From Deltaproteobacteria bacterium (GTDB lineage Bacteria; Myxococcota_A; UBA9160; SZUA-336), in NCBI GenBank assembly GCA_029261895.1, contig JAJDAK010000067.1, forward strand, positions 12,541 through 76,540: DNA of 64,000 bases, given 5' to 3'. Below, in pieces: positions 30,564 to 41,949 of the stretch (positions are counted from its first letter, which is position 1; each line of letters begins with the position of its first letter). The notes under the pieces are model-generated. The model had not been told where the DNA came from, ran no database searches, and worked only from the letters and a program-made list of their open reading frames with translations. The position numbers were made by a program, and so were the translations under genes.

Positions 30564-30901
30564 ACCGCCCCATGAGCACGTAACAGAGCAGCAAGGTCTT
30601 TTAAACGATGGGAAAAAGGCGCGGGGCATACCACTCCGCTCAACTGGGGCCCCCGAGCTGCCCAAGCTCGCTTCGCGGCACGCCCCGCGCCTTTTTCCCA
30701 GTAAATCGCGTCGCTCGGTAATAGAGAACATGTGCCCAAGTAAGCGGAACACATCAAATGCCTCAACGGTGAAGGGGTTTGAGATGCCCTGCGGTGCGAA
30801 GCACCGCTTTTCCCTCGCAGCCACGCAACGCCCGCCCCCGCAACGCTGTGCAAACGAAAACACGCGGCTAAACGAAACAGGATTCCGTCGCGAGTGGTCG
30901 T

Positions 30902-30979
30902 GAGGTTACGTCATGGGGTTGGAGCGAACTTGGGCTGCTCTGGGGTCCCAGTTGAGCGAAAACCCCATGACGTAACCTC
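30902..30979. repeat. Perfect 19-bp inverted repeat with a ~40-nt loop (GAGGTTACGTCATGGGGTT ... AACCCCATGACGTAACCTC), immediately downstream of the rsmG stop
   Basis: Exact reverse-complement arms at 30902-30920 and 30961-30979. Confidence 0.7.
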
Positions 30980-30993
30980 AAACCCCAACAGCC

Positions 30994-31521
30994 TCAGGAT
31001 GGAATCCGGATCACATGTCCACGTGGAAGAGGAATTGTGGTCGCGCCGGCCGGGGCGGGCTTCGTGGTCCAAATCCAAAGCTCCCCGTCGCTGCATAACC
31101 AGGGCACGCCCAGTTTTTGACTCGCGTCAGGCGACGCAACGGCACGCATGGTCGCGATGTCAAAACGCTCCGGCGGTGGATCTTCAAGGCGCCGACGTTC
31201 CACACGGATGTCGAGGCCAAGGGTGCGTACGATATGACGCAGGAAATGGACCCGCTTCTCACGAATCTCGACGAGGGTTAGATCGAGATCGGGCCGTGCG
31301 ATCGCGATCGGAATACCCGGTAGTCCCGCACCCGAGCCAAGGTCAGCCAAGCGGATACCTTTGGGGATCTGATCCACCACAGCGAGCGAGTCTTCAAAAT
31401 GAACCTCGATGTCGACTCGCTCGAGTGAACCGACGAGATTCATCCGCTCGCCCCAGGATTGGAGCTCGGTCAGATACTGTTCGAGCTGGTCTTTGACGCG
31501 CTGCTCGAGCGCGTGGCTCAT
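30994..31521 (-). CDS. rsmG: 16S rRNA (guanine527-N7)-methyltransferase RsmG/GidB
   Basis: IADLGSGAGLPGIPIAIARPDLDLTLVEIREKRVHFL is a typical GidB motif. Confidence 0.85.
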   Translation of the reverse strand: MSHALEQRVKDQLEQYLTELQSWGERMNLVGSLERVDIEVHFEDSLAVVDQIPKGIRLADLGSGAGLPGIPIAIARPDLDLTLVEIREKRVHFLRHIVRTLGLDIRVERRRLEDPPPERFDIATMRAVASPDASQKLGVPWLCSDGELWIWTTKPAPAGATTIPLPRGHVIRIPS

Positions 31522-32348
31522 TCCGGTTCGACTTTGACGCGCTTCGTGCGGCCCTCTCCGTCGCTGCGAGACGTCACACCCGCGATCTCCCGGATGACGT
31601 TATGGATCACCCAGCGCTCTTTCGAATTCATCGGTCGCATCGTTAGCGCCTCGCCCGATTCCTGCACGTCCGCCGCGGCGGCGCGCGCTTCTTTCTCGAG
31701 TTCCTCTGAGCCCTCAGGCATGGCTTCCTGGCCTCTGTCATCCGACACACCGGAGTGCGCCACCGAGACACGTACTCGAACTTCTTCCTCTTCGAGCTTC
31801 TGCCCCGCACGGTGAGCCAGATGCGAGAGTGCAAGCAGGGTACGTTGGTCGTTCTTCACCATTTGTGCGATCGAGGCACCACGGATCAGGATCTTAATTT
31901 CCTCGCCGTCGCGCGTTTCCTCGACACGACTCTGCGGTCCAAGCGACATCTTCTCCAATATGCCCCGTACAAAGTCTCCAACGGCGCCGACCTCTTGCTG
32001 TGGTCCGAGATCCTCTTCGGGTTCGGGTTCCGGCACCGGTGCCTTGGCGGCTACCGGACGCTCTTCACGCGGTTTGCGGTCAGAACGGGATCGATCACGA
32101 CGCTCGCCGCGGTCTCGATCACGTCCACGATCTCGACCCTCTCTACCGCCATGATCTTCGTCGCGACTTTGTCTCGGCTGCTGATTCGCCAAACCGGCAA
32201 GGACTAAAACGCGCCCCCCCAGCCCCGAGATATCGAGATCCTCAGGAACCTGGCTAACGCGTAGCTCGCCTTCGGAAACACCGTAATGTTGAATAGCCTG
32301 CGCGACCGCGCTTTCGCGCGAGTCCGCCGCGAATTCCTTCCACTCCAT
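31518..32348 (-). CDS. Jag/KhpB-like RNA-binding protein with KH and R3H domains
   Basis: The C-terminal R3H-like region reads RWVIHNVIREIAGVTSRSDGEGRTKRVKV. It sits between yidC and rsmG. There is a central R/D/E-rich low-complexity linker. Confidence 0.7.
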   Translation of the reverse strand: MEWKEFAADSRESAVAQAIQHYGVSEGELRVSQVPEDLDISGLGGRVLVLAGLANQQPRQSRDEDHGGREGRDRGRDRDRGERRDRSRSDRKPREERPVAAKAPVPEPEPEEDLGPQQEVGAVGDFVRGILEKMSLGPQSRVEETRDGEEIKILIRGASIAQMVKNDQRTLLALSHLAHRAGQKLEEEEVRVRVSVAHSGVSDDRGQEAMPEGSEELEKEARAAAADVQESGEALTMRPMNSKERWVIHNVIREIAGVTSRSDGEGRTKRVKVEPE

Positions 32349-32380
32349 ATCAGCTCACTCCTCCTTGGGCCCGTCGTGCA

Positions 32381-34039
32381 TCACGCCTTCGCTGGCGTCG
32401 TGCCACTTCGATTTACCCAGGTCTGCTGCAAGATGCCGAGCACGTTGCTTACGAACCAGTAAAGCACAAGCCCCGACGGGAATTGATAGAAAAGAAAAAT
32501 GAACACGACGCTCATCCACATCATCATTTGTTTCTGTTGCGGATCCGCGGACGGATTCGGCGTCATTTTTTGCTGAAGCACCATTGACGCACCCATCAGA
32601 AGTGGGAGCACGCGGATCGGTAGGCCCGCAACCGAAAACAAAGTTTCCGGTGTAGACAGATCGTTGATCCAGAACATGAACGGCGCATGACGCAATTCGA
32701 TCGTGCCTTGAAGCGCAAAGAACAGCGAGACCAGAAACGGCATCTGAATGATCATCGGCAGGCAACCCCCGCCCATTGCGGAGAGTGGGTTCATACCTTT
32801 GCGCTTATACAACGCCATCATTTCTTCCTGAAGCTTGCCCTTGTCGTCCTTGTACTTCTCCTGCAGCGTCTTCATTTCAGGTGCAATCACTTGCAGACGC
32901 TTCATCGACTTCATCGAACGCTGTGTCAAAGGGAACGTAATCAGTCTCAGCAAGATCGTCAGCAGAATGATGGCAACGCCGTAGTTGGAAACGACGTTCG
33001 TATACGTCCACTTGAGCAGGGCGGAGAAAAGCGCCACCAAACCACGAATCCAAGACCACCCGGTATCCACCGCGGGCAAGAGCGGCGCATCTACTTCGGC
33101 GCTATAGGCCGTTACAACGTCACGTTGCTTCGGTCCGATGTAGAGGTCGTAGAAACGCTCGACGTAACTCCCCGCGGGTACTTCGAATGCGGGATAACTC
33201 AGCAGCGCAACGCCGGTATCGACGCCAGCGGCCTGCACACTCGCGGAAGCTTCCTCACGATTCTTCGGAATCACGACGATCATGAAGTACTGACTCTCCA
33301 CACTCACCCAATCAACGGGCGGAAAGAGCGGGTCAACACCGCCAAACGCAAAGAAACCTGGATCGTGGGCGCCCTTGATCGCCTGCCGCTCTATGCCGTC
33401 CACACCGAGTGCGGCCACGCTGTAGTTTCCAAAGCCAGTGCGACCGTTGTCTGTTCCGTACAGCGCGACTTGGAATTGCGGTCTCAAGACATCGTCGGTG
33501 CGGTTCTCGAGTCGGACACGGAGCTGCGCCCCGTAGCCGGTCTCGTCAAGACTCAGCTCGCGCACGATCCGCATGCCACTCACCGTTTGCGTCAGCTCAA
33601 CCCGACGCGTTTCCCGCGCAGTGATTTCGCTCCGCTGGCCTGCGAGTTGTTCAAAAACACCGCGGCCAAACAAAATTTCCATGACGCCGAGCTGTTGCTG
33701 GGTGACGAGCTCAAGTGGACTGTCGTCGTCGAGACTCTGATGAAAATCGAACAGTTTCACACTGGTCAGTTTGGGGCCCTCGTTGGTCATCGCGAGTTCT
33801 AGCTGGTCGTTTCGCAAGACCACGGTCTCGGCATTGATCTTCGATGCCGTACCCTGAACGGGCGCTGGATCTACTGACGCAGCTTCAGGTGTCTTTGACG
33901 CGGTCGGAAGTCCACTCTCTCCCAGCGTCGAGTCTGCGGTCTGCGGTGATGCAGGAGGTGGCGCTGCTGGTGCGGTCCAGAGCCAGCCGATCAGCATGGC
34001 GACACCTGCAGCAATGACGATGATTTGTATGCGATCCAA
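32381..34039 (-). CDS. yidC: Membrane protein insertase YidC
   Basis: YGVAIILLTILLRLITFPLTQRSMKSMKRLQVIAPEMKTLQEKYKDDKGKLQEEMMALYKRKGMNP is the conserved YidC core. Confidence 0.9.
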   Translation of the reverse strand: MDRIQIIVIAAGVAMLIGWLWTAPAAPPPASPQTADSTLGESGLPTASKTPEAASVDPAPVQGTASKINAETVVLRNDQLELAMTNEGPKLTSVKLFDFHQSLDDDSPLELVTQQQLGVMEILFGRGVFEQLAGQRSEITARETRRVELTQTVSGMRIVRELSLDETGYGAQLRVRLENRTDDVLRPQFQVALYGTDNGRTGFGNYSVAALGVDGIERQAIKGAHDPGFFAFGGVDPLFPPVDWVSVESQYFMIVVIPKNREEASASVQAAGVDTGVALLSYPAFEVPAGSYVERFYDLYIGPKQRDVVTAYSAEVDAPLLPAVDTGWSWIRGLVALFSALLKWTYTNVVSNYGVAIILLTILLRLITFPLTQRSMKSMKRLQVIAPEMKTLQEKYKDDKGKLQEEMMALYKRKGMNPLSAMGGGCLPMIIQMPFLVSLFFALQGTIELRHAPFMFWINDLSTPETLFSVAGLPIRVLPLLMGASMVLQQKMTPNPSADPQQKQMMMWMSVVFIFLFYQFPSGLVLYWFVSNVLGILQQTWVNRSGTTPAKA

Positions 34040-34051
34040 GTTCAGGGCTCC

Positions 34052-34263
34052 CTACGGTAGATCGATGCCGCCCGCCCGAAAAGGCGTGCAGCGGAGCAGG
34101 CGCGTAAACGTACGCCAACCCCCGCGCCAAAAACCGTCCATTTCAATCACTTGGACTGCATACTCAGAACAGCTCGGATAAAAACGACAGGTCGGACCCA
34201 TCATCGGGGATAGTGTCCGCTGATACAGCCGAATTAATCGAACCGCTCCGTTCAAGACAACAC
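34052..34263 (-). CDS. yidD: Membrane protein insertion efficiency factor YidD. The start is trimmed to GTG just after the rnpA stop.
   Basis: The CRFYPSCSEYA motif is present. The longer ORF-track version would overlap rnpA. Confidence 0.7.
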
Positions 34264-34602
34264 CCCGATTTCTCGAAGTTTCTTGTTGAGGTCCGCATTG
34301 ATTTGATCCTGATGCAGCTTCTGGGGCATATCCCGTTTGGCGACCAGGACTAGATCGCATGATCCAAAGTCGAGTTCGCGTTTGCGAAACCATTCGCGAA
34401 CCAAGCGTTTAATGCGATTTCGACGGACTGCATGGCCCACCTTGCGCGTGACGGTGATTCCAAGACGTGTTTCGCCTGCGTCCTTGCGTTCGAGCTGAAA
34501 AACCAAGAAATAGCGCGTGACGATGCGCCGACCCCGACGTGTCGCCAAGAGAAAATCCGGTCGCCGGAGCCGAGCTCGCAGCTGCCGCTCCGTGCCCACC
34601 AT
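34252..34602 (-). CDS. rnpA: RNase P protein component
   Basis: ITVTRKVGHAVRRNRIKRLVREWFR is the RnpA motif. It lies downstream of rpmH. Confidence 0.85.
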   Translation of the reverse strand: MVGTERQLRARLRRPDFLLATRRGRRIVTRYFLVFQLERKDAGETRLGITVTRKVGHAVRRNRIKRLVREWFRKRELDFGSCDLVLVAKRDMPQKLHQDQINADLNKKLREIGVLS

Positions 34603-34617
34603 GGATTAGACCGAACG

Positions 34618-34767
34618 CTACTTCCTCTTGTATCCGGGCGCCAGCCGAGCGCGTCCCTTGGCCCGGCGACGGGCAAGAACCCGGCGTCCGGCTGGGGAGC
34701 TCATGCGCGCCCGAAAGCCGTGGGTGCGAACCCGGCGAATCCGACTTGGCTGGTATGTACGCTTCAT
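34618..34767 (-). CDS. rpmH: 50S ribosomal protein L34. Not in the ORF track, found by manual translation.
   Basis: The reverse complement of 34618-34767 translates as [49 protein letters not shown]. Confidence 0.85.
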   Translation of the reverse strand: MKRTYQPSRIRRVRTHGFRARMSSPAGRRVLARRRAKGRARLAPGYKRK

Positions 34768-34978
34768 TAGGCTGGCCTATTCAATCCGAAGTACAAGCGG
34801 GCTAATGCAAGCATAGGCCCACTCCTATGTCAACGTTCAGCACATAAGCCGAACCCTGACGAAATGTTTTGTTTGTCCCTGCTTCAGCGACGATAAACTC
34901 ATTGCATTGCTGCGCGGCGCTCTGGTATCACGAAGTAACCTGAAACGAACGTTCACTCGTTGAAAGGTTGACCCCCAG

Positions 34979-36292
34979 ATGTTGAAAACCCGTCGCGGCG
35001 TTTTACCTTCGCATGCGGACCACCCATTGTGGCTTTCGATACTCGAAAAGCTTGATGGTAAACTTGCGGGCACGCAGGTCGATGAAATCATCGACGCTTC
35101 GCGTGTGCTTCAAGTTTCATCCGCGGATCTTCGTTTAGGTGTACGTCAAGCGCAGTTGTTGCGCTGGGTGCACGATGGTAGGCTTGCGTTACTTGCTTCA
35201 GTAATCAGCAATGTTACCGACGGTGGGACTGAGCTTTCTGTTGTTCCGCTCGATGTTGATCTTCCACTTCATCTAGATCCGAGTCTCACACTTGAGAGTT
35301 TCATCGGAAGTCCTTCGAACTTCGATGTAATTCAACAAGCACGTGGAAAGCTTGACCGTTTCAACCAAGTTTCGCGCCCGGTGTTCGTTTTCGGCCCATC
35401 GGGTTCAGGCAAAACTCATTTGCTCTGCGCAATGGCACAATCTACTGCAGAAAAAGTTTGTGACGGAGAGATCATCTGCCTCAGCGCACAAGACTTTTCT
35501 ATGCAGATCGTTAACGCAATCCGCGGCGCAGAGCTGGAACTCCTACGTCAGCGCTTACGGAACGCGTCAGCCGTCATTTTGGACGATATCCAGGACCTCG
35601 TTGGGCGGGAGGCTTCACAGGAGGAACTCGTTCGAATCCTCGAGGAAATCCGCGAATCCCGACTCGTCACGCTCAGCGCGGATCGACCCGCAGAGACCTT
35701 AACCGGGCTGATGGATCCGCTGCGAAAGCGCCTGATTGAAGCCGTCGGTTTGCGCCTAACGCCTCCTGAGTGGGAGACCCGAGTCGCCATTGTTCTGGAG
35801 CGCGCGACACGCTGGGGCATCCCGATGTACCCCGAGGTCGCATCCTTTTTAGTGGGCGAGCTCGGTCACGACCTCAGCCGACTCGATGCGATCCTGACCC
35901 GGCTGATGATCCATCCCACCAGTGAGAGCGGTTTGATGGATGTGAATTTGGTACGACGAGCATTGACGCAGGACCATCGTTCCACGCGCCCCATCTCTCC
36001 TGATGCGGTCATCGAACTTGTCGCGCGTCATTTCAATCTCAAGCAATCCGATCTGCGCACTGCGAGTCGAAGTCCGCGCGTCACGACACCGCGTCAAATC
36101 GCCATGTACCTCGTGCGCCGCCATTGCAGCCTGTCATTTCCCGAGATCGCCAGGCGCTTTCGACGCCATCACACCACCGCACTCCATGCCTGCCGTCAGA
36201 TCGACACAAAGCGAGATCAGCAGGGCAGCCTCCGTGCCGCGCTGGTGTTGTTGGAAAAAGAGCTGCTTCTCCTTGGGGAAGAGTGTGGATAA
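34979..36292 (+). CDS. dnaA: Chromosomal replication initiator DnaA
   Basis: VFVFGPSGSGKTHLL is the AAA+ Walker A motif. The C-terminal DnaA-box binding HTH reads PRQIAMYLVRRHCSLSFPEIARRF. Confidence 0.9.
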   Translation: MLKTRRGVLPSHADHPLWLSILEKLDGKLAGTQVDEIIDASRVLQVSSADLRLGVRQAQLLRWVHDGRLALLASVISNVTDGGTELSVVPLDVDLPLHLDPSLTLESFIGSPSNFDVIQQARGKLDRFNQVSRPVFVFGPSGSGKTHLLCAMAQSTAEKVCDGEIICLSAQDFSMQIVNAIRGAELELLRQRLRNASAVILDDIQDLVGREASQEELVRILEEIRESRLVTLSADRPAETLTGLMDPLRKRLIEAVGLRLTPPEWETRVAIVLERATRWGIPMYPEVASFLVGELGHDLSRLDAILTRLMIHPTSESGLMDVNLVRRALTQDHRSTRPISPDAVIELVARHFNLKQSDLRTASRSPRVTTPRQIAMYLVRRHCSLSFPEIARRFRRHHTTALHACRQIDTKRDQQGSLRAALVLLEKELLLLGEECG

Positions 36293-36479
36293 ACTGTTGG
36301 GAATTCTCACGATCGACGAGGGGTCGCCGTGAGTCCAAAGTTTCTGCAGGGGTCATGGTTCCAGTCTGTTGATAAAAAACATAACCAGGCTGCGGGTTTG
36401 GGTCAGTTATCCCAAAACTCACAGGCTCTCCTACTACTTCCTTATTATTAATCTTTAAAAGGAAGCAGGAGAAGAAGAG
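36284..36479. promoter_or_regulatory. Candidate oriC in the dnaA-dnaN intergenic region, with DnaA boxes and an AT-rich unwinding element
   Basis: TGTGGATAA is a perfect reverse DnaA box at 36284-36292, overlapping the dnaA stop. TGTTGATAA lies at 36367-36375 and TTATCCCAA at 36407-36415. The AT-rich stretch CTTATTATTAATCTTTAAAA lies at 36441-36460. Confidence 0.55.
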
Positions 36480-37586
36480 ATGAAATTTCAAATTGATCGC
36501 GATGAACTCTTACGAGGGCTTGGACGTATCCAAGGAATTGTGGAGCGTCGCGGTACGCTCCCGATTCTTTCAAATGCACTTTTTCAAGTACGAGAGGACG
36601 GCATCACACTCGCTGCAACTGACCTCGAGGTAGGCGTGACGGCAACCTTGGCGGCAAAGGTGACAAAAACCGGTGCGGTAACGCTCGTTGCGAAAAAGCT
36701 CTACGAGATCGTTCGTGAGTTGGAAGAAACCGAGCTTACATTCAGCCTTGAAGAAGGCTCACGTGTTCGTATCGATTCTGGAAAAGCGCGCTTCAGTCTG
36801 CTCTCCATCTCCCCGGAGGAGTATCCAAGCATTCCGAGCGGGGATGGTGTGAACTTCGTCGAGATGGAGGCGTCGTTACTTGCAGAGATGGTCGATCGAA
36901 CGATGTATGCCACTTCCACCGACGAAGCCCGTTACAACTTGAACGGTGTTTTCATGGAATTAACCGAGGACAAGCGCCTTCGCTGTGTGGCTACCGATGG
37001 TCATCGGTTGGCAAAAATCGATAAGACACCACAGAAACCGCTCGAGTTTCTTAGCAAGGGAATCATTGTTCCGCGCAAAGGCGTCGGCGAAATCCGCAAG
37101 CTATGTGACGAGACCGATGCGACGGTCGAACTCGGTCTTCGCGATGGTTTTCTGATTGTGCGACGCACGGGATTAACACTTTCGTGTCGGCTGATCGAGG
37201 GAGAGTTTCCGAACTATCGTCAGGTTCTTCCGGATGATCCCAAGGTTCGGCTGCTGGTCGATCGTGAACGCCTGCTTCATGCGGTGAGACGAATATCCCT
37301 GCTCGCACATGAACGCTCGAGAGGATTCCGGCTCGCGATCGAGGATGGAGTTTTGGAGCTATCTGCGAATAACCCCGATTTAGGCGAAGCCGTTGAACAG
37401 CTCGAGATTGATTACAGCGGCAAACGCGTGGAGACGGGTTTCAACGCGCGTTACATGCTCGACGTCTTGGGTTCAATGATTTCCAAAGAAGTGAGTCTGG
37501 AGCTTACCGACGAACTGGCACCGGCAAGGATCTGTCCCGCGGATGATCCGGACCTACTCGCAGTCATCATGCCGATGCGGCTTTAA
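36480..37586 (+). CDS. dnaN: DNA polymerase III beta sliding clamp
   Basis: MKFQIDRDELLRGLGRIQGIVERRGTLPILSNALF is a typical DnaN N-terminus. The length of 368 aa fits. Confidence 0.9.
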   Translation: MKFQIDRDELLRGLGRIQGIVERRGTLPILSNALFQVREDGITLAATDLEVGVTATLAAKVTKTGAVTLVAKKLYEIVRELEETELTFSLEEGSRVRIDSGKARFSLLSISPEEYPSIPSGDGVNFVEMEASLLAEMVDRTMYATSTDEARYNLNGVFMELTEDKRLRCVATDGHRLAKIDKTPQKPLEFLSKGIIVPRKGVGEIRKLCDETDATVELGLRDGFLIVRRTGLTLSCRLIEGEFPNYRQVLPDDPKVRLLVDRERLLHAVRRISLLAHERSRGFRLAIEDGVLELSANNPDLGEAVEQLEIDYSGKRVETGFNARYMLDVLGSMISKEVSLELTDELAPARICPADDPDLLAVIMPMRL

Positions 37587-37587
37587 G

Positions 37588-37920
37588 TTACACAGCCGTA
37601 GAATTCGGTTCATCTTCAAGATTGGGCAGGCCAATCGCGTCAATAAGCACATCGCTGACCCCCGGCCATCGAATCTTGCGTCCTTGGTTCCTTGCGGTGC
37701 GCGCGAACGTATAAAGGAGTTGAACCGTGGCTATATCGAAGCGTTTCAGTGCAGACGTAACGATCACAATGGGATGTTCTGTGAGAAGGGCTTCCTCTAG
37801 GTGGCCACGCAGCTTCTGAACGCGATCGATTGTCATATCACCGTCGACTAGGATGGTTGTGGATGTTGGTGGACTCGACGTACACGCATCTTTCCTCACG
37901 AGTTTTTTTATTTTGGCCAT
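37588..37920 (-). CDS. STAS-domain protein (anti-sigma-factor-antagonist-like)
   Basis: A 110-aa protein with IVIVTSALKRFDIATVQLL...IDAIG STAS-like features. It is convergent with dnaN. Confidence 0.45.
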   Translation of the reverse strand: MAKIKKLVRKDACTSSPPTSTTILVDGDMTIDRVQKLRGHLEEALLTEHPIVIVTSALKRFDIATVQLLYTFARTARNQGRKIRWPGVSDVLIDAIGLPNLEDEPNSTAV

Positions 37921-38098
37921 AGTGTAACAGCACCAGTTAGCGGTACTTCCTCTGGCCTACTGCTCGGCGGTATGCGAAAAAACCTTTACAGTAGAAGTGT
38001 CGTTTCCGACACAGAAAAGTGCATGTATATCTACACAAAAATATGTCTATAGCTCGGGATAGCCGTCGCCGATCTAACAGCCCGAGATATACACCAAC

Positions 38099-39265
38099 AT
38101 GCGTATAAATATGACCATCAAAGTGGCACTCGTGACAACACTGGCATGTGTTGTCGAGTCAATCTTAGATTCGGCCAGGTTGCCGCCCTGGTCTCTTGTT
38201 TTACTGAGCTCGGCGGTATGGGTCTTTTGCGTCTATAAAGCGGAGCGATCGGGTCTGTATCTGGCTAAAACAGGGAATAAAGCGGTTGTTAATGACATTG
38301 CGATCGGCATGAAGGAAGTTATTGATCGCGAGTGTGAAGAGATGACGCAATCTGTTGAACAAGTTCTCAGTATGGTCTCGGATGCCTCGACCAAGGTCAA
38401 AGAGAGCTTTATTGGGATGAACACTGAAACCCGAGGCCATGCGCAAGTGACGGAATCGTTGATTTCGCGAATGAATGCGAACTCGGAAGGAGAAGAGGCT
38501 GGAAAGCATGTCACGTTCCGACAGTTCGCAGAGGAGATCGATGAGGTCCTGCAAGGATTTGTGAGCTCGATTGTCACGGTGAGTCATGAGTCGATGGTGA
38601 TCGTGGCGAATATCGAGGATGTAGCCATTGAGATGAACGAGATCGTAGGTTTGGTCCGTGCGATTCAGTCGGTGGGTCATGAAACACATATGCTTTCGCT
38701 GAACGCCACGATCGAGGCTGCCCGCGCGGGTAAGGCGGGTGCGGGTTTCGCTGTTGTGGCGGAGGAAGTCCGCAACCTATCCTTGAATACGCGCGGGGCG
38801 AGTGAAAAAATCACCGCGGCGGTCAGCAAGACCCGGGCGAATATTGAAAGCATGCGGAGTGCTAGCGAAGAAATGGCTTCGAAGGATATGAACGTTGCCC
38901 TCGAAGCGAAGATCCGAGTTGACGAGATGATTCAGGATGTTGAGCAGTTGAACAGTCTGATCGAGAGTAGCGTGGAGGATGTTTCTGGAATCGCGCAGCG
39001 GATCGGGAAGCACGTCAATCACGCCGTCACCGCCATGCAGTTTGAGGATATCTCTGGGCAGTTACTCGAATACATGACGCGTCGGGCGTCCGCTCTGCGA
39101 GATTTTGCCACCCATATCTGCCTGGTGGCCAGTGCTGAGGGTCCAGAGTCAGCCGCGAAAGCCATCGAGGAAAAGAGGCGAGAGATCATGGATCTCGGGG
39201 ATTTCGCTCCGGATAAACCCGTCCACCAAGAGTCCCTTGACACAGGTAGCACTGAGCTTTTCTAG
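38099..39265 (+). CDS. Methyl-accepting chemotaxis protein signalling-domain protein with two N-terminal transmembrane segments and no obvious periplasmic sensor
   Basis: LSLNATIEAARAGKAGAGFAVVAEEVRNLS is the MCP highly conserved domain. Confidence 0.8.
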   Translation: MRINMTIKVALVTTLACVVESILDSARLPPWSLVLLSSAVWVFCVYKAERSGLYLAKTGNKAVVNDIAIGMKEVIDRECEEMTQSVEQVLSMVSDASTKVKESFIGMNTETRGHAQVTESLISRMNANSEGEEAGKHVTFRQFAEEIDEVLQGFVSSIVTVSHESMVIVANIEDVAIEMNEIVGLVRAIQSVGHETHMLSLNATIEAARAGKAGAGFAVVAEEVRNLSLNTRGASEKITAAVSKTRANIESMRSASEEMASKDMNVALEAKIRVDEMIQDVEQLNSLIESSVEDVSGIAQRIGKHVNHAVTAMQFEDISGQLLEYMTRRASALRDFATHICLVASAEGPESAAKAIEEKRREIMDLGDFAPDKPVHQESLDTGSTELF

Positions 39266-39501
39266 CGTTGCTCTCAGCCTCGGGTAGAGATTCATGTCAT
39301 GGGTTGCTGGGCGCGAAAAAAGCGTGTCCCTTCACCTAGACCCTAGTCGCTGGTTAAGTTAGATTAGACAGCGATTTCAAGGCCTTGCGGGGCGATGCGA
39401 AGCAGGACGCCGGAGCGGAATCCCCCATAGGTAGGTCTCCCCCGATAGCTCAGTCTCAGTGCACCTGGTGCAGCCAGAATTATGCCCGATTGAGCGGATA
39501 G

Positions 39502-41946
<2,445 letters not shown>

Positions 41947-41949
41947 GAT

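Noticed and set aside
30894-31496. 200-aa plus-strand ORF spanning the rsmG region and the 19-bp inverted repeat
   Set aside because: It runs antisense through rsmG, which has strong motifs, and is Arg- and Ser-rich. The inverted repeat is better explained as a non-coding element.
32687-33802. 371-aa plus-strand ORF antisense to yidC
   Set aside because: It overlaps the clearly real yidC gene and has no motifs. It is a high-GC open-frame artefact.
34768-34978. rpmH-dnaA intergenic region as an alternative oriC
   Set aside because: It has lower GC, but I could not find consensus or near-consensus DnaA boxes there. The dnaA-dnaN spacer has a perfect box plus an AT-rich stretch, so oriC was placed there. 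This is not fully excluded.
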